Source: Octopus bimaculoides (Eukaryota). Taken from it: 51,266 nt of DNA. Below the pieces are notes generated by a model. The model was not told the DNA's origin. It did not search any database and saw nothing but the letters and a program-made list of their open reading frames with translations. The position numbers and the translations under genes are program-made. Location of the stretch: positions 158,252,516 to 158,303,781 of the forward strand of contig NC_068982.1 in the NCBI RefSeq assembly GCF_001194135.2. The letters are read 5' to 3'. Shown piece by piece: positions 1 to 10,576 of the stretch. Every line of letters starts with the position of its first letter. Positions within the stretch are counted from its first letter, which is position 1.

Positions 1-36
<36 letters not shown>

Positions 37-39
<3 letters not shown>

Positions 40-216
40 TGTGTGAGAGTGAGGTAGTTCGTACTAGTTCCACAATTCGTGTGTTGAAAGTTCAAAGTTT
101 GGGATCGTTGGTTCTTAAAAGACTGTTGTTATATTCAAAGTGGTTACTGCTTCTTGTTTCAATTATATTGTTATGACACTGTTGCAGTGTACTCGTATAT
201 CGATAAGGATATAACA
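37..216 (+). repeat. 5' LTR (or its 3' part) of a Ty3/Gypsy LTR retrotransposon
   Basis: Begins TG after a (TA)n tract, ends ...GGATATAACA, and is followed directly by a PBS-like motif and gag. Positions 56-216 are repeated directly at 2648-2822. Confidence 0.7.
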
Positions 217-218
217 TC

Positions 219-230
219 TGGTGACGAGGA
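219..230 (+). promoter_or_regulatory. Putative primer-binding site TGGTGACGAGGA
   Basis: TGG-starting motif 2 nt after the LTR-terminal CA, which is the usual PBS position. The primer tRNA was not identified. Confidence 0.6.
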
Positions 231-271
231 TCGTTCGAAACTCACATTGGTTACTTGATAATTTCTGCGTC

Positions 272-1147
272 ATGGAAAGCCTATTAGCCGCAGTAGTACA
301 GCTTTGATAGTAGCAACAGGAACAACTACAATAGTTGAAACAACAACAACAACAACAGCAAAAACACCAACAACAACTACAAAACAACAACAACAACAAC
401 AACAGCAATTAATTACAGTCGGCTACATCCGAAAATCCAGTAAGCTCGTTTACGGCAGACGGTGTGGCTAATGCAATTTCTGAATCTACGTATAATCCAG
501 AGGAGGGTATTACGTTTCTCGTATATTATAGAAGATACGAGGTAATTTTTCAACAACGTGTGCAAGTCAGGGTCGGAGGAGCAGAAAGTAAGGTTTTTAC
601 TACGCAAGATAACTCTTGCCAAACATGAGCATTACTGGAACTTTATTCTGCCCCACAAGTCGAGTGAGATTGGTCTCCAAGAAACCGTGGAACTGCTTTC
701 AAAAATTATTTTGTGATAGAAGTTCATTATTCAACACCAGGATGGAGTATTGGAACTTAACAAAAAAATAAGGAGGATTATCTTCTTTTCACTTACACCT
801 GAGTAGTCAACCGTATGTGCGAAAATTGGAAACTACAAGATCTCACTCAGGATATGCTCAAATCACTTATCTTCGTGTAAGATTTTATAGCACCTGAAGA
901 TAGGGAAATTCTGGTAATGGTTCTCTCGGAAACGGAGCAATGGTAAATTTTAAACATAATGTGAAAAATTACAAAATAAAGTCTCTACAAAAATTGAAAT
1001 GTGTCGTCCAAGAAGCACAATAAAAAATGTATCAGGCCCCAATCCGTGTTATGATTGTGGAGGCCTACACTACAGAAAGGAATGTCCGTTTAAAAACAGA
1101 AAAGGGCTATTGCCTTCAGAAGCTGGGACACAGGAATACTTATTTTA
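272..1147 (+). pseudogene. Degenerate Ty3/Gypsy gag with poly-Gln N-terminus, capsid-like region and two CCHC zinc knuckles
   Basis: ATG at 272 gives MESLLAAVVQL, then a CAA/CAG Gln tract. Later pieces are SFTADGVANAISESTYNPEEGITFLVYYRRYEVIF, EQKVRFLLRK, YWNFILPHKSSEIGLQETVELLSKLF, PCYDCGGLHYRKECPFK and C..KLGHR. Multiple stops and frameshifts are present. Confidence 0.8.
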
Positions 1148-1241
1148 GAACAAGACTACGACGCTCAAACACAAAAATAAATTAATGTAAAGGAACTTGG
1201 TAAATATCAGAGTATGCTTCGTAGAGAGGGGCACAACGTAA

Positions 1242-1967
1242 ATGTGTCCCCTCCTCAAGAAGTATTACAGAAAACCAAAGAAAAAAATGATAATCTATAG
1301 AACTTACTCCGCCAAAACCAAGAAAATCGAATTAATGACTACAATTCAAATTGAAAAGGCGTTAAAACACATCTGGCAGGGAATTTCTTACCTTGCCAGA
1401 GGAAAGAAGTTTGAAACGGTGGAGGTGCGGTACCCAGATGAAGCTACTGCCAGGTTACACTTGGCAAACCCCTTAAAATCTAATGAAGTGGTACTTCTGC
1501 TCATATACCTTGAAAAGCGTGCTTCCAGGGTAAGGGTAGAAGACATAACACCGGAAATAAATGTGGCCTGGCTAGTAGCTGCTATACTACTGGGCATGGA
1601 AGGAAAGATGGTGTTTCTCCAAGCCACCAGCATTGCTTATAAAAATTGGCAAGGGCAGAGCCTGGATAACGTAGAAATTATGGTGAAGATCATAACGGTC
1701 GACGATGTAATACTCAGGGTTAGAATGGAGGGCAGGATCCCTCGTTGTTACAAATGTGGCCGAAAAGGCCACATTACGGTGGAATATCCTCCACTGCCCG
1801 TAAAGTCACAAGAGGCGCCCTTGATCGTAAAAGAAACTGCAGCTCCACCGCCGGCGAGAACTAGCGGAAGGGCGGTCAGCACAGAGGAAGGAGAAAATGA
1901 GACCGAAAACGAATGGGAAACTGAAAGAAAGAAGAGCAATAAGAAGAGAAAAAGGCACAATCTGTGA
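1242..1967 (+). CDS. Open remnant (241 aa) of a retroelement ORF1-like nucleic-acid-binding protein with a zinc knuckle
   Basis: Longest ORF in the window. It contains RCYKCGRKGHITVEY (a CX2CX4HX4C knuckle with the last Cys replaced by Tyr), an RRM-like RVRVEDITPEINVAWLVAA segment and a basic C-terminal tail. It is probably part of a larger disrupted ORF1. Confidence 0.6.
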   Translation: MCPLLKKYYRKPKKKMIIYRTYSAKTKKIELMTTIQIEKALKHIWQGISYLARGKKFETVEVRYPDEATARLHLANPLKSNEVVLLLIYLEKRASRVRVEDITPEINVAWLVAAILLGMEGKMVFLQATSIAYKNWQGQSLDNVEIMVKIITVDDVILRVRMEGRIPRCYKCGRKGHITVEYPPLPVKSQEAPLIVKETAAPPPARTSGRAVSTEEGENETENEWETERKKSNKKRKRHNL

Positions 1968-2016
1968 ATGGTAACCGTCATCCCACACCCACTTGACTCC
2001 CACCCAACCCACATTG

Positions 2017-2090
2017 CCCCACCCTTCCCCTACAGACTCCAACCCTCACCCTACCCCACCCTTCCCCTGCAGACACCAACCTTCACCCTA
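2017..2090 (+). repeat. Two 37-bp C-rich tandem units inside the ORF1 linker
   Basis: ccccacccttcccctacagactccaaccctcacccta (2017-2053) and ccccacccttcccctgcagacaccaaccttcacccta (2054-2090). Confidence 0.9.
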
Positions 2091-2647
2091 CCCCACCTGA
2101 CACTGACAAATTAACCAGAAGCACACAAGAACACCTAATTTCCTACCCCTCAACCTGTGAAAAAAATACAGTGATTTAGAGTGCAAAACACGCTAAGCTA
2201 TTTAAGGAGGTAGACACTTGGGACGAGCGGATATAGGTAATCACTGTAGAGTGTTGGGAGGTGCCCTCGCACTATGACTGTGTGATAGTGACCCCAAATA
2301 CACACCAGGACTTGAAGAATACGGGAACAATGTCTTTCACTGGCAAAAGAAAATCGATGCCAGGTGGTATACCAACAACGGTAGGATACAACGAACTTCT
2401 TAAAGACTTCAATATAGACATTCTATATGGAGAATAAGGCTTAAAGGTGTTTTAAAATATGTACATTATCATGTATAACAAAGATAAATGAAATTACCCA
2501 GATGTGGGGTCCAGTGGCTTCATTTCATTTTTCATTTCATTATTTAATTCATCTTTTTCATTCGAATTTTTTGCTCCCGCCTTTGTGTTTTAATCTGTCC
2601 TTGTATTGTCCCCTCTATGTTGGTCCCGTGTGGGCAATACAGAAATA

Positions 2648-2822
2648 AGTTCGTGCTAGTTCCGCAGTTCGTTTGTTGATAGTTCAAAGTTGGAGTTCAA
2701 AGTTTGCAGTTCATACTAGCGTGTTGGATTGTTGTTTACGTTCCGTGTGATTCCTGCCGTTTGTTTCGATTATATCGATATCACACTGTTGCGGTGTATT
2801 CGTTATCCATAAGGATATAACA
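2648..2822 (+). repeat. Second (3') LTR-like copy
   Basis: agttcgtgctagttccgcagttcg...cacactgttgcggtgtattcgttatccataaggatataaca aligns with 56-216, with well-matched ends and a diverged middle. It is followed by (TA)n and a gap. Confidence 0.7.
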
Positions 2823-3263
2823 ATATATNNNNNNNNNNNNNNNNNNNNNNNNNNNNNNNNNNNNNNNNNNNNNNNNNNNNNNNNNNNNNNNNNNNNNNNN
2901 NNNNNNNNNNNNNNNNNNNNNNNNNNNNNNNNNNNNNNNNNNNNNNNNNNNNNNNNNNNNNNNNNNNATATATATATATATATACATATATGTACGTATG
3001 TATGTATACGTATATATTTGTATATGTATATACATATACATGCATATATATATATGTTTATATATATCAACATATATGTATATCTTTATTCTATATTAAA
3101 ATTAAGCAGAAAGCAATCTGCTTTTTTAAAGTATTCTACATTATTCCACTAAACGTGATCCTAAGCGAAACAGAGTTTAGCATCTGGCTAAAATATGTTT
3201 GAAGGCACTTATTCTTTATATAGTAGATATTATTATCGATATTTTAAATATAGTAGTATTGTG

Positions 3264-3379
3264 ATATACAATGTTACAATTTATAAATGGGCGAAAGTTT
3301 TCCGTGGGTATGATTGAATATACAATGTTACAAGTTATAAATCGGCGAAAAGTGTTCCTTGGGTATAATTAACTATACA
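3264..3379 (+). repeat. 54-bp tandem duplication (about 2.1 copies)
   Basis: atatacaatgttacaa(t/g)ttataaat(g/c)ggcgaaa... starts at 3264 and again at 3318. Confidence 0.85.
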
Positions 3380-4152
3380 GGAGCCTCGCTTCTTAAACTA
3401 AGTGAAAAAAAGCACGAACACATCTTTAATTCTTAATACATAACATGTGACTGAACGGAGTAAAGTAATGTCACTCTAATCTAGATCGTATCACTAATAT
3501 TTTGAGAGAAACAATGGCGACAGTACACTGAAGATGTAGTAGTAGTCGTAATAGTAGTAGTAGTAGTAGTAGTAGTAGTATATCTTAATCAACATTCTAA
3601 ATATCATTGGAAATTGTTAGCGTTAGAGGTTATTTATGCTCTTATTTTATTGACTGCAACATTGTCTCCAGCAGAGAACACAATAAAAAGTATCAAATAT
3701 TTGACTTTTGGACAAAAGTTAACGAAAACCAACTTAAAACTCAACAACCTTCTTTGAATTTGTTTTCAATCTCAGATGTTTGTTTTTCTTTTTCAGTTAT
3801 AGACCTTTGTTAAACTCATTCTTAGATGTATTTTATTTTTTTATAATTTTCCTATTTTAGTTATCAGTTTAAATAAGAGTTTCGAATGTTTTTTTGTTTA
3901 ATTTTGTATTAGACAAATATATTATTTTAAAAAATTTATTTGTTATTTTTTATTCAGCAAATAAAGAGGAATTCTCTCTGTATTTAGAATTTAATTTGCC
4001 GCAACAAAACAATATAACAGACAAATATAAGATGGTTTTAAAGGTATTTTAGGAAAACAATTTCTCCGGCTTCAAAGAAAACATGATGAGAAAATAATCT
4101 AAAATTTCGTATACGCTGAATTGTTTGGAGTAGAACAATCATTGCAGCGCTA

Positions 4153-4365
4153 TAGTGGCGAGCTGGCAGAGACGCTAGCACTTTGGGCGAAATGTTTGGC
4201 GGTATTTCGTCTGTCTTTACGTTCTGAGTTCAAATTCTGCCGAGGTCGACTTTGCCTTTCATCCTTTCGGGGGTCTATAAATCAAGTACCAGTTGCGTAC
4301 TGGGGTCGATCAAGTCGACTGTGCCCTGTCTCCCCAAAATTTCGGGCCTTGTGCCTAGAGCAGAA
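4153..4365 (+). mobile_element. Full-length tRNA-derived SINE (family A) with a 19-bp target-site duplication
   Basis: Head ggcgagctggcagagacgctagc, B-box-like ctgagttcaaattc and core gaggtcgactttgcctttcatcctttcgg. It is flanked by identical aacaatcattgcagcgcta at 4134-4152 and 4366-4384. Confidence 0.92.
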
Positions 4366-5094
4366 AACAATCATTGCAGCGCTAGAATAGAAATATTAGT
4401 TAATCACTGCGGTGTTCTAGGTTCTGAGTTCAGTGCCTACCCCGTCAACATTGTTTTTCATCCAATTTGAATTTTATACTTTGTGGAGTAGAGCAAAACT
4501 TTTTTCCTCTTACCAAATTTTGGTCATTTCTTCATTTTAAAATCATTATTACTAAGCATTATTGATGGAAAACATGAAGAATGCCGAAAAAATCTTGTGA
4601 AATATTTGGTTATCTTCCTTTATGTTATCATTTCAAACCTTAGCATTTGATCCTTCCGTATTTGATTAAATATCTACCAATTCAGTGCTGGGATTGATGG
4701 TAGCCACTTTCTTTCCTCAGTATTACTACCAGTGTTGCCTAAATTAGATAGCACTAATACAGAGCATTGTGAATGGGGAAGTCGTTAGAGAAGCGAAACA
4801 TATAGTCAGATCATTTTTCCTAATGTGATCAAATCTGGTCGAGTTTTGCTTTCTCTTTGAACAATTTCGCGTCGATGAAATAAGGTTTCAGTCATGTACT
4901 GAGTTTGATATTATCGTGTTACTCCTCGATGTTATGCGTTTAGGTTGAAATCAACGAATAGTAGAATCGGCAGAAGACAGAAAACAATACGACTTGTAGT
5001 AAGGTTGTTATGGCAACTCGTTTTCCGAATTAAAACCTCAAAGAAGTAAAGTTATTACATTCATCTTCTTGTGTTCAATGACATAGATAATATT

Positions 5095-5293
5095 CTTTTC
5101 TACTCTAGGCACAAGGCCCAACATTTTTGTAGAGAGTCCAGTCGATTAGATCGACTCCAGTGTGCAACTGGTACTTAATTTATCGACTCCGAAAGGATGA
5201 AAAGCAAAGTCAACCTCGTCGGAATTTGAACTCAGAAGTAAAGACAGACGAGATACTGCAAAGCATTTCGCCTGGCATGCTAACGTTTCTACA
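5095..5293 (-). mobile_element. SINE family A
   Basis: Reverse complement of the 4153-4365 element, including gaaaggatgaaaagcaaagtcaacctcg and tactctaggcacaaggccc. Confidence 0.88.
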
Positions 5294-5461
5294 ACGTCCT
5301 TTGTTAGTTACGACACACACGTTGATGTGCGTGATGAGTGTGCGTGTGTGTGCGTGTGTGTGTGTGTGTTTATAATGTATAAGTAAATATCTAGTCGAGT
5401 GGTGCATCGTAGTTAAGCAAAACAGCATGCCTAAAAATACTGATACTATTGGCTTAATGTG

Positions 5462-5677
5462 AGGCAGCAAGCTGGCTGAATCGTTAGCATGCTGGGCGAA
5501 TTGCTGAACAGCATTTCGATCGTCTTTATGTTCTGAGTTCAAATTCCGCCGAAGTACACATTACCCTTCATCTTCTCGGAGGAGTTGATAAAACAAATAC
5601 CAGTTGAAGACTTGGGACAATGAAATCTAATTAACCCATTCCAGAAATTGCTGGCTTTGTGCGATAATTTGAACCCA
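5462..5677 (+). mobile_element. SINE family A (diverged)
   Basis: ggcagcaagctggctgaatcgttagc...ttctgagttcaaattccgccg...tttgtgcgataatttgaaccc. Confidence 0.8.
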
Positions 5678-7136
5678 AGGTTAGATTGATGTGTCTCTAA
5701 CAGTAATTTCTATTTGTCGTAGAAATTTTAACAGAAATTTTAGAAGAGTAAAAGGTATTCGAGAAGAAAAATTAATGTGCTAGAATTAATTATTGAACTC
5801 TTTAATTATGAGCCTTTGCCCTTTAATTCCTCAATCTTCTCCACACTACTTTGTTTATCGCCCCTTTGGAATTGATGATGGATGTAGCTATCATACATTG
5901 ATGCGGAGTCAATAGACTGTTCATTTTTCTAGAAACTGCTGTTCGTGCGTCAAATTCATTAATATAGATTCTAGCTGTCCATAGCATAACACTTTTACTT
6001 TTGAATTATTCTCTATAAACTTGAAGTCATTTATTGATTATTCTTATCTAAGTTCAGAATTATTAGTCAGCCATTTAGATATTAGATAATAAATGTGTTA
6101 ATTCTTATCGTAGTGTAAATGTTTCACGAATCTACAATTATACAAAAATATATTGAATAGACAGCTCAACTGTATCTATAGGATATGAAACAATTAGAGC
6201 CGGTATTCTAGATCATATTGGGGTACTAGCCAGATACTTGAGTTACCATTAAGTTTTATTAATTTGTTCTGCAGTTTTCTTTATGCTCTCAGAGGCAGAG
6301 ACGTCGATGCTTGTGCTTCAGGAAGTCATCAGATGCGTTGTTCTAATTTATTCATGTTTTTCTTAAATGCCAGAATTACGATTATTTAGATACACATATC
6401 TAGTAAATGATTTGATCCCAGCACGTGTGTTGAAAATAAAGTAATCGTATAATGGAAAACTTTTTAACTATGCAAAAAACACACACTAAAAATTTGGTGT
6501 TTGCTAATTGATGTCAAAATTTTCGTTGGACTATTAGCGAACAGGTTACAGACACACGTTCAATAAAATGGGCAGTGATATGGGTCATATTCTCTCTATA
6601 GAAACAAATGCTCTTCAGAACAATAGACACAAACCATACAATTTGTGACCCAGTTCCACGTTTCTCAAAACTTAAACACACCGACCTCGATTGTCAAACG
6701 GTGGTGGGAGACAAAGAGGTACAACGATGCAAATATATAGATACAAACACACATATGCACACTCTCACAAGTACACACTTACATACACACACAAAACCAC
6801 ATATATGTGTGTGTGTATATATACATGCATATATATAATAGAAATATATTTAAAAAACAAAATAGAAACTATATATTGAAAAGGTATGGGAAAAGTAAGA
6901 AGAAAAAAAGCTAAAATGCACATTGGAATTTAAAAAAAAGGAATAAAGGTTTTTTAAATGAAAAATAATGATATATATATATATATATATATTTTAGATA
7001 GTGTGGGGTAGAATTAAGAGGAATAAAAGTCATTATTATGAATTATTAAAGCGATTCAAAGTCATACCGGTTTCGTCAATTGCTGTTCACTGGCTTTGAA
7101 TAATAAGAATAACTTTTATATTATAACTGAAGATAA

Positions 7137-7349
7137 TGCGGCAAGGTGGCAGAATCGATAGCACCCTGAGTGAAATGCTTAATGGTATTTCGTACACCTT
7201 CATATTCTGAATTCAAATTTCGCCGAGGTCGAGATTACCTTTCATCCTTTCGAAATTGGTGAGACAGGTATCAGCCGAGCACTAAGATCGATGAAATAGG
7301 CTTAACTCTTCCACCGAAAATGTTGGCCTTGTGCACAAATTTGAAGCCG
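7137..7349 (+). mobile_element. SINE family A (diverged)
   Basis: ggcaaggtggcagaatcgatagc...ttcaaatttcgccgaggtcgagattacctttcatcctttcg...ggccttgtgcacaaatttgaa. Confidence 0.8.
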
Positions 7350-7375
7350 GTATATATATATATATATATATATAT

Positions 7376-7533
7376 ACGACAGGCTTCTTTCAGCTTCAGC
7401 CTACCAAATACTTTCACAGGACATTGACTAGCACGAAGCCATAATAGAAGACACTTGGCCTGGTTCCATGCAATGGGACTGAACCGGGAAGCAGATGGTT
7501 AGTAAGTAAACTTCTTACCACAAAGACACTCCT
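7376..7533 (-). mobile_element. tRNA-derived SINE family B, 5' part
   Basis: gcttctttcagc...agaagacacttg...gggactgaaccgg...cttcttaccaca, homologous to 39450-39776. Confidence 0.75.
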
Positions 7534-8859
7534 TTACCTGTTATCAACTCTAATTGGAATACATTTTCAGATACAAACTCAGCGTTTTCAACTTCATTTA
7601 TACCTTCTATACCACTACTTATATGTATTAGAAACGGTTTCTATCTCCCTCTCTCACTCTCTCATTCTCTCACTCTCTTTATAAATGTATATTTGTGTGT
7701 GTATATACATACATATATGTATATGTATACATATACATGTATATATATGTATATATATTTATGTATATATGTATATATATTTATGTATATATATTTATAT
7801 ATTTATATATATATATANNNNNNNNNNNNNNNNNNNNNNNNNNNNNNNNNNNNNNNNNNNNNNNNNNNNNNNNNNNNNNNNNNNNNNNNNNNNNNNNNNN
7901 NNNNNNNNNNNNNNNNNNNNNNNNNNNNNNNNNNNNNNNNNNNNNNNNNNNNNNNNNNNNNNNNNNNNNNNNNNNNNNNNNNNNNNNNNNNNNNNNNNNN
8001 NNNNNNNNNNNNNNNNNNNNNNNNNNNNNNNNNNNNNNNNNNNNNNNNNNNNNNNNNNNNNNNNNNNNATATATATTCTAATTCGAGAATTGTTATTTAT
8101 TTTCATGTCATTTTTCATCGATTTCCAATAGATTCTAAAATGTAGAGAGTAAATATTTACACGCGGAAAAGTTTACAACTTCTCACGCGTTTCAGAGACA
8201 AGTAACGATGAACAGCCTTCAGAATTATGACATTTTTTGTCTGAATTATATTATAAAGCCTAAAAACAAAAACTCACTCAATGTTTATTTATTCATCTAA
8301 TTAATTTCTCATATATACGTATGAAACACACATATACATATAAGATACATGAGACTACATAAGCATATATATGTATATTAAACTTATGCTACACTTATCT
8401 CTACGTACAGACACAACGTATGCAGTGGTGTATATATATATACTTACATATATACATTCATACATTCATATATACTAGTACAATGCATGTGTGTGTGTGT
8501 GTGATTGTTATCTGAGAAACTATCATCATTACTTCTTTATTTTTCTACAGCAATTTACCCATTCGCATCCACAGGCGCATGCATAACCGAAATAGCTTTA
8601 TTTCATAGTAAAATCCACCTCCTTGTAAGTAATTAGCAATTTAAGCAAGATATCGTTTCACATAATACAATGCTTCTCTATTTATTGTGTCGCAATATAG
8701 ATGATAGATATACTTAAAATTGCAGTCATTGTATTCATTCCAAATACTGTACAAGCTCTCACATTATAAATATAGACATCGGGTCGGGTTATTTGCAATT
8801 TCAAATAAAAAAAAAAATTGCTGCAGTTTATGAAACTATCTGATATTGAAAGTAGAAAC

Positions 8860-8862
<3 letters not shown>

Positions 8863-8922
<60 letters not shown>

Positions 8923-8932
8923 NNNNNNNNNN

Positions 8933-8978
<46 letters not shown>

Positions 8979-8999
8979 TGTGTGTGTGTGTCTGTGTGT
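8863..8999. repeat. Compound (CT)n-(CA)n-(TG)n microsatellite spanning a 10-N gap
   Basis: Seen directly in the sequence. Confidence 0.95.
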
Positions 9000-9482
9000 A
9001 TTCTTATTTATGTATATATTATATATATATCTGACGCAAGGCTAAATGATACTGCAAATATAGCTGCTGTTAGATATTTCTAAGTTTCTGTATTCTTTCT
9101 CCTTGGGCTGTAGTAAAATCTCAAATATAGAATCGACGCATAAGTAGCAATGAACGACGTTGAATAAATAGCTTTAGGTTAAAGTTGCAAAAACATTGTG
9201 CTTCTGTAAATGTATCGCTTCCGCCCGTCTTACAATCTCTTTCTAGTTTTTATATCCTCGTTCTTCTCTCTCGCTTTTATATATATGTATACATACGTAC
9301 AGAAAGACATACATAAAGACACACGCACTCACATAAAAATATAGATATAGATATATGTATTTGTCTGTAAATATGTAAATCGTTGCATAATGAATTCGCG
9401 GCATAAAATTAATGCAGGAAATGTTATCATGGATATAACAATTTTGACTCATATGCATGTGAGTGTGTGTGTTTGTGTGTGT

Positions 9483-9524
<42 letters not shown>

Positions 9525-10232
9525 ATGTGTGCGTGTGTGTGTGTGAATATGTGTGTGTGTATATATATATATGTTTGTAAATGTCTGTATATCCATGTCT
9601 GTGTAAGCACATGACATTCACGTCAATTTGTATATCTTAAGCTATATAGCATGAGTCATTCTTTAATTTTTTATAGCAATATGAAGAGATTTGAGGAAAA
9701 TTAGCTGCTTTTTACAGCAGAATAAGCGACTTCGATCAGTACCAAAACAGTTAGGGTAAATACAAATGTTCACCCTGCTTTTATATGCACTGAGTGTGAA
9801 AAATGACAACACATGACACTCGTGAAACAAAAGTTGATGTTCAAACATATGTATGAATACTAATGACAAGTATGTGCAGCTAGACGTATGAAAAGTACTT
9901 GTAACACAATTGTTCGTTTGCTAGTGGACATATTGCTGCAGCATTGGTTCCCATTGATAGGCATTTTTGAATGGAAGTTCAAATATGAAAGCATAGGCTT
10001 ATGCATAATATATGTCAAAGGTAGACATTGAAATTACAGATGAATTCCCTCTGACGTCAACTTAGTTTCATCTACATTATTTGTGAAATCATCCATCCAT
10101 CCATACATCCATACATCCACTCATACATACATAACATACATACGCACGTGTGCTCACATATGCACGCAAGCACACATGCACGCACACAAATACACACTCA
10201 CATGCACACTCACACACGCGCGCGCTTTTCCA

Positions 10233-10410
10233 AAGCCCGTAACATAGCGGTTAGGATGTTGCACCCGAAGATCGTGTTTTCGATTCCCAACCGGCGGTGC
10301 ATTGTATTCATTGTGTTCTCTTCACTTTGTTCTTCTCCGCTTGGTTGTAAATGGGTAACCCGACAACGGATTGGCGTTCCGTTCAGGGGAAATGTAGGCA
10401 GGCCCCTTAG
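10233..10410 (+). mobile_element. tRNA-headed SINE of another family (degenerate)
   Basis: tagcggttaggatgttgcac...cgattccc head, followed by tgtaaatgggtaacc...ggattggcgttccgttcagggg. Confidence 0.5.
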
Positions 10411-10520
10411 TCAACGGGATGGAATCCATCGAAATTTTACTAAAATTATTCGATAACTAAAACAATGCATGGAAGATAATCGCGACCAGCGGTGTATAAC
10501 ATCTGATGAGGTGATGCCCA

Positions 10521-10576
<56 letters not shown>

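Larger units (their letters stand above)
1148..2647 (+). mobile_element. 5'-truncated L1/Tx1-like non-LTR element carrying only ORF1 sequence and a 3' tail
   Basis: ORF1-like reading starts around 1148 (EQDYDAQTQK*INVKELGKYQSMLRREGHNVNVSPPQEVLQK) and frameshifts into ORF 1242-1967. A Pro/Thr-rich linker and a further domain follow (2168-2437, HAKLFKEVDTWDERI...GGIPTTVGYNELLKDFNIDILYGE*). It ends with a pyrimidine-rich 3' region, ...GTGTGGGCAATACAGAAATA. No EN or RT motifs are present. Confidence 0.6.

Noticed and set aside
7685-8145. Long ORFs containing X runs (also 2711-3073, 10702-11197, 19145-19660, 27637-28309)
   Set aside because: They are open only because N-gaps and TA/CA repeats contain no stop codons.
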